Shown piece after piece: positions 1-13,811 of a DNA stretch of 64,000 bases (positions are counted from its first letter, which is position 1; every line of letters starts with the position of its first letter). The position numbers and the translations under genes were made by a program. The notes under the pieces were generated by a model that saw nothing but the letters and a program-made list of their open reading frames with translations, was not told where the DNA came from and ran no database searches. Source of the DNA: Eledone cirrhosa (taxonomy: Eukaryota); NCBI GenBank assembly GCA_964016885.1, contig OZ024742.1:144336001-144400000 (forward strand). The letters run 5' to 3'.

Positions 1-142
1 ATTTCGGTGCATAGTTTATTTACGTAACACTCAAACGTATTTCACTGAGCTAACAGATTGCGAATTCAATTTCTTAACCACACTAAGCCTGTGAAATAAA
101 TGTATAAATGTTTATTTAGTATGAAAGTTTAATATTTATAAC

Positions 143-721
143 TGGCTTACCGTGTCAAGTCCTAAATCAAGAACACTTTCAAACACGGGCATTCCCATCC
201 AAACTGGGACATTTCCGCCTATCTTTTAATCGAATTAATTATTACCTAATTTTATTCTTACAATACTTCAACTGGCACCTACTTGGGGGTTACATAAACT
301 ATGCAAAATGTTTTCTTTTTGAATTAAAAAAATAAATAAATTATTCCATGAACATCATCTACACACTTGAAAATGTATCTTTGCAAAATTTCATTGAAAT
401 GTTCATTAAGAAAGTTATAAAGAAAAAAATCACGGATGCAGGGCGTTCACTAAACCACAAATCCCTACCGCCTGAAAAATGTTTAAAACAGTAACCAAAT
501 ATTTATCGAACACATGTGTTACAATTTTTAATGTAGACAAAAAAATAAATAAATAATTAACAAGAAATATTTTCTGTCAACATGAAGTCAGGATTCGATG
601 CAAATTTAAACCGTTCTCGTTTCTCCCGTCCATCAATATCCGGAACAAATTTGTAAAGGGGACAGAACACCGGTACAGACGGACCCCCTCCTCTCTCATA
701 CCGTGACATATGGTAATCCTA
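143..721. mobile_element. Non-autonomous hAT-like DNA transposon
   Basis: Imperfect TIRs (TGGCTTACCGTGTC ... GACATATGGTAATCCTA) flanked by an 8-bp near-identical TSD: TTTATAAC (135-142) and TGTATAAC (722-729). Confidence 0.6.
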
Positions 722-1662
722 TGTATAACAACTCTCTCCCGTTAATAACAGAAACGTCTAACGTGCCGATATTTGACTAAAGACTGGGGCGTTAATCAAT
801 TTAACATATTTCTGCAATAAATTTACTTAGATTTGTTTAAATCCTTTCAGATTATACAAAGGGGACAAATAAATTAAGACACCATGTTTTAACACTCAAA
901 AATATTCTCGTCAGGTTTCTTAAGAAGTTCCTTAAAACCATATCAGTTTTACATCCCCTCCGTTCAACAATGTATACATTAGGATCTCGTTATACAAGAA
1001 AGCTATCACTTTAACACATATTCTCTAATTAAAATAGAAAATGTAGACATCGAGGTCATATTTAACAAGAAACTCCCGAAAGGTTATCACACACACACAC
1101 GCGCACATAACCAACAAATTAATAATAAACTTCGGAGTAAGTTTTATGTATTTTCTTTTTTTTTCTACTACAAGTGGAATTCTCATGTTTATCAGTTTAA
1201 CATATAAACTCTCCAGCCAAACCAACTAACTTCTAGAAGTGTTTTGGTACCGACAACATCTCAAGATGACATTGGAAGCTTATCAGTAATACATACATTA
1301 AATTTCAGGATCTTAGGTTGGTAGTGAGTGACGAAGATGGCTTAGCTTAGCTACGTTGAAAAATATATATTTTCTTTAGAGCATATCTGAACTTGTAAAG
1401 CGAATCCATCGTTGTAAACAAAACACGATTTAGTACACGTTTCAAGAACACCAGACTCATATAACACCATCCCCACCACCACCACCATCGTCACTACCGT
1501 CCTCATTACTGATAACTGACTGACCTTGTGACTTTGTGTGTAGAAACATGATTTACACAATACATACTATACAATATATCATTCAGTAAAATCATAAATA
1601 TACTCGCCCTCTCTTCGGAGTATACAATTATACATAAACACATACATGTATATATATATATA

Positions 1663-2108
1663 TACAATATTAAATAAATGGAAACTATATTTATAAAACC
1701 ATATCTATTTCATTATATATATTTCAGGGATATCATATTAACAATATGCTATGCCTTCCTCAGACAAAATACAATATAAACAGTTTTATAGATAAATAGA
1801 TTCGACATACCGTAACAACATCGACTTGTATTTGAAAAGGTTGATTTGGCAAATACAAGTCGATGTTGTTACGGTATGTCGAATCTATTTATCTATAAAA
1901 CTGTTTATATTGTATTTTGTCTGAGGAAGGCATAGCATATTGTTAATATGATATCCCTGAAATATATATAATGAAATAGATATGGTTTTATAAATATAGT
2001 TTCCATTTATTTAATATTGTAAATATACTCCAAATACTTGTCGAGTGCTTTTATATCAGTTATAAATATTTACTAGTTGTAACCCAACAATTTAAATATA
2101 ACTTTCCA
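1663..2108 (+). mobile_element. Fold-back Penelope-like (pLTR/retrozyme) insert, family A, in (TA)n
   Basis: About 172-bp inverted arms at 1663-1834 and 1850-2021, plus a unique 3' tail to 2108. Flanked by (TA)n and homologous to 13809-14070 and 46744-47188. Confidence 0.8.
1913..1978 (+). ncRNA. Type I hammerhead ribozyme (mirror copy on - strand at 1706-1771)
   Basis: TATTTTGT-CTGAGGA-AGG..CCT (stem II)-GAAA-TATATA-TA-ATGAAATA. Stem I is 8 bp with 2 G-U pairs; stem III is the palindrome ATATATAT. Confidence 0.8.
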
Positions 2109-2143
2109 TATATATATATATATATACAATTATACATAAACAT

Positions 2144-2194
<51 letters not shown>

Positions 2195-2205
2195 TATACA
2201 TAAAC

Positions 2206-2271
<66 letters not shown>

Positions 2272-2360
2272 TATAATGTATTACGGCCCTGTAATATACT
2301 TGTTATTTTACATTGAGCTATTCTCATACTTGTAATTGAATAATATTTAATATTACCCAC

Positions 2361-2450
<90 letters not shown>

Positions 2451-2454
<4 letters not shown>

Positions 2455-2497
2455 CCGTACTAAGAGTGAGAAATGAAATTTCATTTTTTTTTCATTT
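2451..2497 (+). mobile_element. 3' tip of the 429-bp ribozyme-bearing repeat family, in (TA)n
   Basis: TCAGCCGTACTAAGAGTGAGAAATGAAATTTC matches 52084-52113 and the reverse complement of 51098-51140. Confidence 0.75.
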
Positions 2498-2899
2498 ATA
2501 TATATATATGCATAATTAGTTTACACATATACACCATGGTTTATATTTTCTTTATTAATAAATTAAAAATGTATGTAGGTGTTTGCGCGTGTGGGATAGA
2601 GGGAATGAAATATATTTTGAATAAAGCACATGATCAAGTGTTATGTTATCGTGATACTGTGGCTTATACGCCGCTCCCGGTAACATAAAACGTCATGACT
2701 TCGGCCAGGCATAGAAACCCAATTGGTAAAAATTACCTCTGTACAATATGGCGTAAATAGGAACATGATGCGAACCGCTAAAAATAGCAACCATGTTTCG
2801 CTCAAATGAAACCTCACCGCTTTAGAAAATGACAGATCGTAAAATGTTTCTGGGTTCGCTGCACATAACGAAAATGACGTTATGGTCACACCTCGGATA

Positions 2900-3370
2900 T
2901 ATTTGATCGCAAGTCTGTTCGATCAAGGCTGACCTGGAGCTAAACAATACCAATTATAGCAAGGCACCGCCACCTTACCATTCAGGCGAACGTCTAAGTG
3001 ATCGCTTGATCTGCTAGAAATAGCAAAACTCCCTCAAACCATGTTCAGCAATTTCAATGAAGGAAGGGCGCATTAGACAATGTATTCTCTGATAATGAAA
3101 AAAAAATATGGTGGCCATAGCTGGAACTGATTGGTCACAGGTCTACTGAATGCGATTGTCTACGGACTAAACAACAAAATTACCACTTTTAGTATCACGA
3201 ATCCTCCTAAAAATAGTAGCTAAATCTACTTCGATACACACTGTACTGTTTAAAAAAGAGAGGGAAGCACTGGATAATGCAGTCCTAGATAGATTTATGA
3301 CTAAAAATAAGACGAAGTGGTCATGGCAGAAAGGTCGCTCAATCGGAGTAGAATGTGAGCTTAATAACAA
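2900..3370 (-). repeat. Decayed copies of an abundant unclassified interspersed repeat (family R)
   Basis: Shares motifs GTTTAGCCCCAGGTCA, GATCAAAGGCATTCCAG and GGAGATTTGGCTGCTATTTCTAGCAG with many other copies in the window. Confidence 0.55.
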
Positions 3371-3569
3371 CCCATAGCCTTTATTACCACCACCACTCTT
3401 CTGTAGCACCATATCACCACGGCCACTATCATTTCTTTCCTTGTAGAGAAGAATGTATCTTCTGTTGATATACCACCGATTATTTGCAGTTGACGTTCCT
3501 TTGCTTAGTAAATATACATTGACAAGGGGTTTCTACAAATGAGTAGTAGTGGTGGTAGTAGTAGTAGTG

Positions 3570-3620
<51 letters not shown>

Positions 3621-4624
3621 ACAGCAGCAGTAGCAAAAGTGGGTGGTATAACCAATCTTCGCTACAGGAAGTATAATATCTAGTTGTTAAATTTTGAAAC
3701 GAAACAAATACGAAAGATGAATAGCCAGAGAAACAGATAGTTAGATAGATAGATAGAAGTAATCCCGTCCCGCGACCTCTTTCCTAGTTTCTGTCTGGAA
3801 ATAAAAATGAAAACAAGGTAGAGGACCCCTGCTCCGTTTTACAAAAACAACCACATACAAGAAAAGATTAAAGTTTTAGGGAAAAACAAACAAGAAAATT
3901 GTGTGATCAAAAAAACCCTGAGGAGTTTACTAATCTAAAAGTTATCAAAATATTTGCTATAATCTTTTGGCATCTTTGTTGATAAGTGTATAATAACAAA
4001 TTATGTTATCCAGAAATACGCGTGATCTTGTGGGTACACAGGTGAGACACCTGAGTTACAAGACTCATCACTTAACCATAATAAAGAATGAATGTATATA
4101 TATATATATATCAATTATATGTATATAACATATCGTTACAAAATATATAAATGTTTCAAATATTACATTAAAGCAGAGTTAACATGCTTCTTTTTTTCTT
4201 TAATTGACTGACAACTGAGGCATCTGTTTCCCGGGCAACGCCGAGTATTCTGCTAATATATATGTCTGTGTGTGTGTGTGTGTATCATATATGTAATATA
4301 TATGTGTGTATCATATATGTATAGACACATATACATTGCCACACAAGAGAGTTAGTGAAGGAGCAAGGCTGTTTAATATCAAAGCATGTATCATATTCAT
4401 TAGTTATATTGTAAGTTGATAACTAGTGTTCATATCGACAAAGATCTGCTTAACAGAAGTTGCTGGGAACCTAACATACAAATAAATGTTACTACTTCAG
4501 GGAAAGTTTAAATAAGGGAGTTAATCGTTTCTCCGGGTTTTATTGAAGCAGCTTATTATTTTTGATACTCTCTTTTTCTTGCAGTCTCTCTCTTAAAGAC
4601 TTCATTATTTCTGAACACGAGATC

Positions 4625-4810
4625 GGTAGATTGGCAGTATCGGTAGAAGGTCGGACGCCATGCTTTGCAGCATAGAGTTACGGCCCTTTATGATCTGAGT
4701 TCAAATCTCGCCGAGGTTAATTTTGCCTTTCATATGGGGTCGATAAAATAAAGTACCAGTAATGCACTGATATAATTGCTGTCCTTGTGCCAAAAGTAGA
4801 AACAATTATT
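4625..4810 (+). mobile_element. tRNA-derived SINE, family S1
   Basis: A box TGGCAGTATCGG, B box GAGTTCAAATC, central GCCTTTCAT..GGGGTCGATAAAATAAAGTACCAG, tail GTAGAAACAATTATT. Confidence 0.85.
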
Positions 4811-5859
4811 TCTGAACACGCCTGAGTAGTATTGTTATTACTTTTTGAATTTAACGTGACTGATTTTTTTTTTTTACTATCTGACTGGTTTTGCTCTCAA
4901 TCATTGCACACATACCCTAGCGAACATTTTTTTCCTTCTTTTTCCAGAAACTATATTCATTGTCTACGTAAAATTGAACTCGGACTTTCAAAGACACAAG
5001 AAACATTACTCCGTGATACATCCAAACTCTAAGCTCCATGGCATATAAACTTTGACTATTTCATCATTTTCCTAAATATAATGAATACATCTAGAACTAC
5101 ATTATCCAATGAGTCCGCTTTAAAAAAAATCAAAGATGATAGAATATGATTTTATAGCAAGTTGAATGGCACGATGACATGGCTTTAAGTCTTAGTTGAC
5201 CTCATTTTACACAACTGACAATGTTCTTTTAAAAACGGCATGCATATCACGAAAAACGGCCGTGTATTTGATCAAATGTATCCATTTACTTAAACTTGCT
5301 AAGAAGTTGTGTCGGTTAAGTGAATGATAGCATGAGCATCATTCACTTGATTTCTTAATCAAGAGGGAGATCAGCACTTTCTACGGAGCCCCCGCAACTA
5401 TTGGGACAAAGGACACGCCTGGCTAGAATAAAATAGAATAACAGGCTTCGTTAAATCAAACCAAGGGCCATGTTCTGGTGTTAAACTGAGCGAGGGGACA
5501 TGTATAGTCCATCCTATTATTGTCTTTCACAGTTTCTATGTACCTAATATCACCAACAAAGTTTGTATCGCCCCGAGTGCAAATGTTTCACGAACCGGGA
5601 TTAATTCCGAGACCACATGATTGCGAAGTATAGCATTCTGTATTCCTGAACTGCATTATCCACTGGACTAACTTTGTTTTTTACTGTGTACCTTTCAGTA
5701 AAATTTATAAGGGGCAAGAAACCGAAATAACTGGAAATATTTAGTGCAGTTTCGATGATTTTAACAGCAAGGCGGGTTTTTTTTAATCACAAAGCAAAAA
5801 GAATGAGAAAACATTATTTCACAAAGAACCCATGTTTAGAAAATGGCGAGTGGAATTTG

Positions 5860-6052
5860 AAAATTGAATTAGAAGATTTCTCCCTAACTTTAATTAAATA
5901 AAATAGTCTAATAATAACGGGGTATATAAACTAACTGAACGGGAAAAGCGGGGCATCAGCACACTCCCATGTATCTAGTGGGTTTATACGCCTCATTATT
6001 ATTAAACTTTTATTTAGTCCAAGCTACAGCGAAATCTTCTAATTCAATTTTT
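5860..6052. mobile_element. MITE-like element with about 44-bp imperfect inverted ends
   Basis: AAAATTGAATTAGAAGATTTC... pairs with ...GAAATCTTCTAATTCAATTTT. A similar end occurs at 11970-12005. Confidence 0.45.
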
Positions 6053-8409
6053 TCACAATTTTCAAACTACTGAATGAAAAAAAAAAAAGAAAAGAAAAAA
6101 AGACAACTAGAAACTATCTGTACGAGGTCTTTTTACTTGCATGCCAATCACGCCCTGTCGTCTTTAAAAAGAAAGTAACATACATTGAATAATGTAGTTA
6201 TAGATATGTTGCCTATGTTAACAAAAACGGGATGTTCACAAACTGAATGACCTGAGGTTTAACAATGACAGCTGAAAGTAAATACTATTTTTTATTATAC
6301 AATTTCGTGTGTAGAAAACATCAAGCAGTGAAAATAAAAGCAATCGTATTTAGAAAACAACCGGAAGCATAACGAGAGATAGCCGTAAAACTAGAATTTG
6401 TTTTAATTTTTCTTACTTTAAACTCGTTAATACTGATATAATCATAGCGGCGCCGTAATGACATACAGTATTTCTTGAACATTTTAAACCTGGTGGAGCC
6501 CACCCTCTCACTAGGTGTTTCAACACACCCGATTTCTTCCAGAGAAGGAAAGAGGGTGGGTATTAGAAAGAGATACAATGGTTTCTGATTTAGGCACAAG
6601 ATCAACAATTTTGAGGGAGGGAAAAGTCGATTAAATCGACCCTAATGCGTTCCTGGTACGTTATTTTACCGACGCTGTAAAATATAAATAGCACGCTCCA
6701 ATATTTCTACTCTGTATTGTATGACTAAGGTTATTCATTCAAACTAGATTTTAAACTTTGTGGCTATTTCGTTGTTAATTGTTCTTTGATTATGTTTAAT
6801 TCAGACTAATGTAAACATTCAATTTCAGGACTGAATTTGTATTAAACTGTGTCATTTGGTTGCAGTACTAAAAAATATAAGCGGATGTCTCTTCTCTTAA
6901 TGTATTAAACTTAGTCAGATGACTACCTCACTTGGTGTCACATTTAGTGAAGAAAAGTAAGTCAGACACTTTGAACCACTGTACGCTGCTTTCAGAGCCC
7001 CGGAAAGAAGGAGAGCTTCTCGAAAAGATCCAAAAGTTTTTTAGGGGTTTTTTTTTGTGTGATGGGTGGGGACCAGATATTAACCGACCCTTCCTTGTTT
7101 CTCTTGGCTCGGGACCCTGGCATCGCCCGAAACTCACCTCTTATATATCCTGTTGAGAGGAGTCAGAAAATTCCAGGATGTCCAGAAAATGTTTTTAATT
7201 GTGTATATTGATTTGCAAAGTCAATATGTGTGCACATATCTCTTTTAAACCGTGTTTAATACTGTTTTGTTTTTATGATACAAAGCCATTTTAGTGGCTC
7301 ATTCAATGTGACATGAAAAAAAAAAACCTTACAAATGACACCACACTCATACATTTCCACATTGTGCGTTGATTGTTCTTTTCAAATAACTGGAGAATAG
7401 TTTTGAACCGCTCATTAAATAACAAGATAAGCATGGTTGGGTGAGGGTAATATTTTTTATGGTTTATTCAAAAGAGGGAGTCAACGCTATTTGCTGCATC
7501 TTCAAGACTGGCGGGAGAAAGGAAGAAAGAAAGCATGACTCCTAGATTACCACAGAAGAGAACAAGGCAGCAGGATTTTAAATTATTATCCTTATCCAGA
7601 GACATGGTCCGATTATTTGAAGCTGAGTGGATTCAGCTAAATCCAGAAAAAGACCGGATGACGGGTTTAGTCTTCTTCCCTGCTTGACAGTATCTTAATA
7701 CTGATTTCTCAAGTAGACGCAATGTCTGTTTTCAATTATTACTCGATATCCATGCTTCATTCAAGGACATCAGTGGCGTAAATTAAGAGTAAAGACAACA
7801 ACAGAGAACTTGAAATCGATGAAATAAGCAATGGATTTTACAGAATCGTTAGATCGTTCGGTAGTTTATTTCTGGTCACCAAGGTCAAATCCCGCCGATA
7901 AAGAAAGTATCAGCCCAATGTTGGTGCAGCCCTACCTCCTTCCAACTGTCACACTATGGATGTTCTGCTGGATTAAGGGATCGAGGATCGAGAGGGTGTC
8001 TGTGCTTGTTCGCGACTGCCTGGACACCTAAAATTCTTAGCGAAAGCATGGTACATATTACCGAGTCATATTTGATAATGTGTGATAGCAGGCAGAATCG
8101 CTAGAGCATCGGACAAAATGACTTGTATTCTACGGTGCTTTACACGCTTAGTTCCAAACACTGACGAAGTCTGCTTTGTTTTTCTCATTGAGGCATAGAT
8201 AAAATGAAATTACCAGTGAAGTTCTAAGGTTCTAAATTATCCTAAATATGAATGGAGATACAATGGACGTAACTAGGTTCTGAAATCGTCTTGTCTATTC
8301 CATCCCTTCTATTCTAAGATACCTTTCTTGTTTCTTGACATAGATTAAAGCAATGACGCAGCAAGTAAAACTATCGGCAAAAATTAACTCGATATAGGAA
8401 ATCGATACG

Positions 8410-8760
8410 TTTGAGTGTGTAGCGTGTAGGTGGCTTGTATACTACAGCTAGAAGGAAATAGTGTACCGAGAATTGTTTTTAAAGCCAAGGCCATTGAGTT
8501 TAGTAAAGTTCTAGCAGGTATGAAGTTCTTGAATAGTCTAAGGAAATTTGTAATTAGTGTAGGATTATCTGGTTTTCATGATAAGCTGGGGATTTAGAAA
8601 ATCTTTTGGAAAAATGTGAAACTGAATTTGTCATGAAGAGCAAGCAAAACAAATGGGATCTTTCAAACAGTAATGGAGTTAGTTTTCTCAAGTGACATTT
8701 GGTATTTGGTAAAGATCAAGTTTATATAAGAATTCGTCAAATAGCTAGATATCTATTTCT
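8410..8760 (-). pseudogene. Possible decayed LINE APE-endonuclease fragment
   Basis: The minus strand encodes FLLAVVYKPPT, resembling the xxYRPP motif of LINE APE domains. Frameshifts and stops surround it. Confidence 0.35.
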
Positions 8761-8973
8761 GACTAATAACCACGAGTAGTTAGATTAGAGGTTAATTTTC
8801 ATTTCATCCCTCCCCACGGAGTCGAAAATATAAAGTAGCAATTAAGTACAGCATAATTGACTATACTTCAACAACACCCCTATCTCTACCCACAAACCAA
8901 GACAAATAGTGGGCTTGTGCACGTGTTAGAGATAAATGTATGTTGAGATTATCGACGCTATTATCTATATATA

Positions 8974-9170
8974 TCATCGTTTAACGTCTATCTTCCACGC
9001 TAGCATGGGTTAGACGGATTTGTCCTATTTAGAGGCAAGTTGAGTCGGGTGACCGTGTCTCGCTCATATGGGACAGTTTTGGGGCTGTTTTTCTACGACT
9101 GGGTGCCCTTTCTAGCGCCAACCACATTTACAGTGTGTACTGGTTGCTTCTTGCCGTGACACCTACACGA
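8974..9170 (-). mobile_element. SINE fragment with an RTE-type 3' tail
   Basis: Ends (minus strand) CCATGCTAGCGTGGAAGATAGACGTTAAACGATGAT, the same tail as the RTE fragment at 9629 and the copy at 46240-46413. Confidence 0.6.
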
Positions 9171-9173
9171 CCA

Positions 9174-9212
<39 letters not shown>

Positions 9213-9628
9213 TATATATATATATATACAGTGTATATATATATATTCCTATATGTGGGAAACAGCCTTCTTTACATATGTATGTATGTGTGTGTGTATT
9301 ACGTTTACTGTTTATGTCCCGTAACCCAGTTGTCCATCAAACAGATATCAATGAAATAAGTACTGGGGTCGATATGATCGACAAAATGAATTGAAGGCGA
9401 TGTCCTTGGATGTCCGCAAGCTAATGGTTGATACCAGTAAAATAAAAATAAAAAAACTATCAATAAATATCTCCACGCGTTTGATAATTGTTCTATAGCC
9501 ATCCATACATGTATTTAAAAAAGTCTGCTCAAGCACAGCACAAAATTGCATAATAAAAATGTACTTTCTTCCATGGCTGAATGTCAGGTATAATAACTGC
9601 TGGTAGTGATTGTAGCAATAGAATTAGT

Positions 9629-9862
9629 ATCATCATCCCTTTTACGTCCGTTTTTCCATACTTGCATGGCTTGTACGAGTCTTTTCCATCACAGCCTCTT
9701 TCGATTTCGTTATCTGCCATGTATCGTTCAACATTTTCAGATTTGCTCTCATCACTTCTGACCAGGCTTTCCTTGGTCTTCCTTTACTGCAGCTTCCCTC
9801 GATTGGGAACTCCTGGCACTTCTTTACCCAACGATCACCATCCAAACCCATCCTGCCACGTC
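9629..9862 (-). mobile_element. RTE-clade LINE 3' end fragment
   Basis: Encodes RWVKKCQEFPIEGSCSKGRPRKAWSEVM, the typical RTE C-terminal GRPRK-W motif, followed by a (GAT)n-type tail. Confidence 0.75.
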
Positions 9863-10139
9863 TGCTTAATATATCTAATATTAAGAGGTGAAATACAGGA
9901 TCGAGTGCCACAATTGTTTTCGGTGAAGTTCCAAATAGATAGTAAACCGATAGCTTGTAGATATTAACCAAAGAAAGTCTGATAAAGTGAAAGCTAATCA
10001 AAAGAATGGGAAGGGCATGAAATGCCTGACTACTGGCAAAAGCAAATGGATACTCCCATCATTTTCGAGGACGAGTATTCCAGTTATTCAATCAACTGAA
10101 CCACCTACACATACATGGGACTTACACTTTGAAAGAACC

Positions 10140-10360
10140 CCTCCGAAGTACCAGCTGTTTGTAGAACAGCAGTCGGCCATGCATACCTGTCTCCCCTCTC
10201 CACAAGGGAAAGACAAAGGTCGATATAGATTGGCATCAGTAACATCGCAACTTATTTCTACAGCTGAATCGACTGGAGGAACATGAAATAAAGTGTCTTG
10301 CTCGGGGACGCAACATACGGCTCGGTACAGGAATCGAAATCACAACCTCTAACCACTAAG
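10140..10360 (-). mobile_element. tRNA-derived SINE, family S2 (CORE/V-like GAGCAAGACACTTTATTTCA domain)
   Basis: Reverse-complement homology to 53234-53570. Confidence 0.7.
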
Positions 10361-10512
10361 CAAAAATCTGTCGCTGTTCCCTACGCTAAGGATTATGTGA
10401 ACAACATGACTGTCCTTTTACCCATTTCCAAGGGATTCGTCGTAAAATTAAGAAATGCACCTCTAGCCAACACTAACATGATACTAATTGCACAAAGATC
10501 GATCACCACCGT

Positions 10513-10633
10513 AAAAACATCACCTGTTACAGTAGTGCCGTTCCATATCTTTTCCACAGCCCAGGCAACTAAAAACATCTCCTGTTACAGCAGTGCCGAT
10601 CCATATCTTTTCCACAGCCCAGGCAACTAAAAA
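10513..10633. repeat. About 58-bp tandem duplication
   Basis: AAAAACATC(A/T)CCTGTTACAG..CCATATCTTTTCCACAGCCCAGGCAACTAAAAA occurs twice. Confidence 0.85.
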
Positions 10634-11879
10634 GTGGGAATGAAACAACAGCCCTGATAGTGCAACCACAAAGATCCAAGACACTAACTGCACACTGACC
10701 AGAAAAACTCTTTTTGGGGCATGCTAAACTGACAAAAGAAATCCGAAATTTAAACATCACATATCACCAACCTCTGTTGTTTAACCCCCTCCCCACTACC
10801 CTAATGCTGCTAATAAACAACAATCATAATGTTAGGGCACCGAAACAGTGCAAACCAGCATGAATGCGTGTGCTTGTCTACACCAAATTGAATAAAAGAA
10901 AGAAAAAAAAGCATGCTTATTTAACATTTATTTGGAGCTATGTTCTCCAGTTCAGTGTGTTTAAATTCAATTCTAAAAGAGAACTACACATTTCCATCTA
11001 TTCCAATTTTCTCCATTTTTTCCTTGAATAGCCGTACAATTCTACCGCTAGAAATATTTACATACATCCTCTTCAAAGTCTTTGATATTGGTTTAGTCAA
11101 ATTATAAAACGAACACCAACAAAACCAAATATATTCTTAATCAGCATCTCCTCTGAAAGATTTTGTATTATTTATTTGATAACCGTCTCTTAAAACGACT
11201 ATAAATTCTCAGTCGTCTTTCACTTTCTTGAATTAATTTCATGAAAGCTTTCATTACCGGTGTCGAAGTTTTCACTATTGCAATTTTATACATCCTCTTT
11301 AAAGTCTACACGTGTTATGTTTGTTGCGTTTCCTATTTACTGCAGCTACTTTTCTTTCAAATTCGGGATCACTACAACTAAATCTGAAATTGAGATCCCT
11401 TTGAAAAAATGGTAAAATATATGCTTATTTCTTAAAGTCTCACTATTCCATTATATCACGTCAACAATTTTGACAAGTATTATAGGAGAGTTTTCTGGCA
11501 TTTAAAAAGAAATATTTAAAAGATAATTTTTTTTGTAACATTTTCATTGTTATTTCTTTCAAATATTTGTTAATTTAAGTGTCACTCGTTTATTACATCC
11601 ACTCCCTTGTTATGTTACTCCAGTGACAGGTAAAAAAATAGTGACAGTGTTGTGCAGCATACATTTATAATAGTATTTCTAAAAATAACAAGAATGTTTA
11701 AGGCGGAAAATCTTAAAAACTGTTTATAAAAATTGTTACTGCTACCTTAAAAAGAATATAAACGTTGAGTTTAGAAAAATAAATGTATGCACATTTACTA
11801 TGATTTATCTTTAAATTGGTCACCGACTGATTTATTTTCCCGGCAACACCACTACGTTGCTAGTGGATACACACATGTC

Positions 11880-11961
11880 CCTAACTCTCTATGAGAGTTG
11901 GGGACCCACGGCTGAGCTCTGCCGTTTCGACAGCAAATTCCAAACTGGAATTCAGCGGGTA
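11880..11961 (-). ncRNA. Decayed family-B hammerhead ribozyme
   Basis: Minus strand reads ACCCG-CTGA-(deletion)-ATTCCAGTTTGGAATTTGCTGTC-GAAA-CGGCAGAGCTCAGCCG-TG-GGT. Confidence 0.45.
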
Positions 11962-12004
11962 TAAAATTTATTTTATTTAGTCAAAGCTATGGCGAAATTT
12001 GCTA

Positions 12005-12053
<49 letters not shown>

Positions 12054-12307
12054 GATACCCAAATAAAAGAAACATCACAAATTTGGCAAATAAAATATGG
12101 CAACTCAAAGACAAGAACAGACTTCTCCAGTAAACCACGAAGCTCTTTGGCAAACAGTCTGGAACTAGTTGTTGAAACGACAGAAGCTCAACAGTCGGGT
12201 ATCGACTCTTTATAATTTAGCCATACTCAACTACCCCAAGTATCAAGTACTCTGTCGAGTAATAGTCTAACCAGTTTCAAACTGGTTCTATCATGATTTA
12301 TATATAT

Positions 12308-13060
12308 ACTAGCAGCAGTACCCAGCGTTGCCTGGGTAGGTAAAATAATATCTGCTTTGATGAAAAGGTGTTGATCTTAGGAACTGCTTCTCGATGACTC
12401 ATCTATGGCCACACACAGGCCATGCGGGGGAGGGTGGTGATGACCTCTATCACTGAGAAACGCGGGTGACTGATGAAGGGGCATGCTGGGGGACAGAGTT
12501 TCGAATTTGAACGAAATCGGTTGAAAAATGTGGGAGCTAGAGCCGAAAAGGCGGAAATTTGAGCGAAAAGGTGGTATTTTCAAATATTTAAGCGGCTGCC
12601 TCGCCGTTCCTGAAGAAAATATCCAAAATGTAAAGCCACTTTAAGACGTGAAATAATCAGATCTAGCGTAGTGTAAAATTTGAATAAAGTAGATTGATTA
12701 ATGTCGGAGCTAGAGCCGAAAAAGTGGTATTTTTGAATATTTAAGCAGCTGCCACGCCGTCCCTGAACAACAAATGCAAAATATAAAGCCATTACAGGAT
12801 GTGCAATGATAAATTCTATTTTGCTTTAAAATTTGAATGAAATCGGTGGCAAAATGTGGGAGCTAGAGCCAAAAATCTTATTTTTCGATACCTAAAAAAA
12901 GGTGCCCCCCCTCATCATTTTTATCTGCAGAATGACCCCGGTATAAAAAAAATTATACGCTGATATATAGAAAACACCCCCCGATGACTAATCTATGAGC
13001 CTGTAAAGTTTCATGAAAATCGGTCATAAGATGTAGACCCCTATAGGTAATACACATTAT
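12308..13060 (+). mobile_element. Non-autonomous Helitron/Helentron-like element
   Basis: Terminal ACTAGCAGCAGTACCCAGCGTTGCCTGGG hairpin and internal repeats (AAATTTGAA..AAATCGG, GGAGCTAGAGCC x3). The same terminus occurs on the minus strand at about 4228-4257 and 11837-11864. Confidence 0.55.
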
Positions 13061-13291
13061 ATATATATATATATATATAGTAAAAGAATGAAGCATAACA
13101 TGGTCGGCTTTTACTATTATTACTCCAAAAACCACCTGTTTAGGAACTTTCTTAAACTGGCCAATCTGACTAAGAAAACTTCTTGTTGATTCAAACAACG
13201 CCGTACGTTAAAACTATCCTCAACACAGAGTACTGACAACCTTTAGCTGGATTACCTTAAACGATACCTTGTTATCCTATATATATATATA

Positions 13292-13491
13292 GGGAAATGT
13301 AAGACTCCGACGGCAGAGCTGAAGCCGTTTCGACGGCTATTTCTGGACTATTTGAGTCCAGAAATAGCCGTCGAAACGGCTTGAGCTCTGCCGTCGGGGT
13401 CTTACATTTTCCTATTACCCACTCTACTACCCTAAGTATTCAGTACTCTGGTGCCTTACGGTCCATCTGGTTCCTTACCACAACTCCTTCG

Positions 13492-13493
<2 letters not shown>
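13292..13493 (+). mobile_element. Fold-back insert, family B, carrying the 3' half of a hammerhead
   Basis: Arms at 13292-13349 and 13355-13412. Contains GAAA-CGGC-TTGAGCTCT-GCCG-TC-GGGG, with (TA)n on both sides. Confidence 0.75.
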
Positions 13494-13572
<79 letters not shown>

Positions 13573-13575
<3 letters not shown>

Positions 13576-13714
13576 AGAAACACAGTAAACCGTGTGCTCA
13601 GTCCATGGGACGAGTTAGGTAGAAGTGGTTACACAACAGTTAGTTCACCATACCAAGAACAATTCCGAGAATTGTTCTCGGTATGGTGAACTAACTGTTG
13701 TGTAACCACTTCTA
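13573..13714. mobile_element. Fold-back insert in (TA)n, no ribozyme core seen
   Basis: 46-bp arms at 13620-13665 and 13669-13714, with a unique extension on the left. Confidence 0.7.
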
Positions 13715-13756
13715 TATATATATATATATATTTATTCAGGTTTGAGGTTCACCACT

Positions 13757-13808
<52 letters not shown>

Positions 13809-13811
<3 letters not shown>

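Noticed and set aside
1663-2021. Fold-backs as MITEs or pre-miRNAs
   Set aside because: They are asymmetric (unique tail on one side), junctions vary between copies, and single-orientation copies exist (13809), which fits retrotransposition rather than TIR elements or miRNA genes.
12120-12298. Family B-like sequence as an intact ribozyme
   Set aside because: The 3' tail is homologous (ACTACCCCAAGTATCAAGTACTCTG), but the CUGANGA box is lost; decayed copy only.
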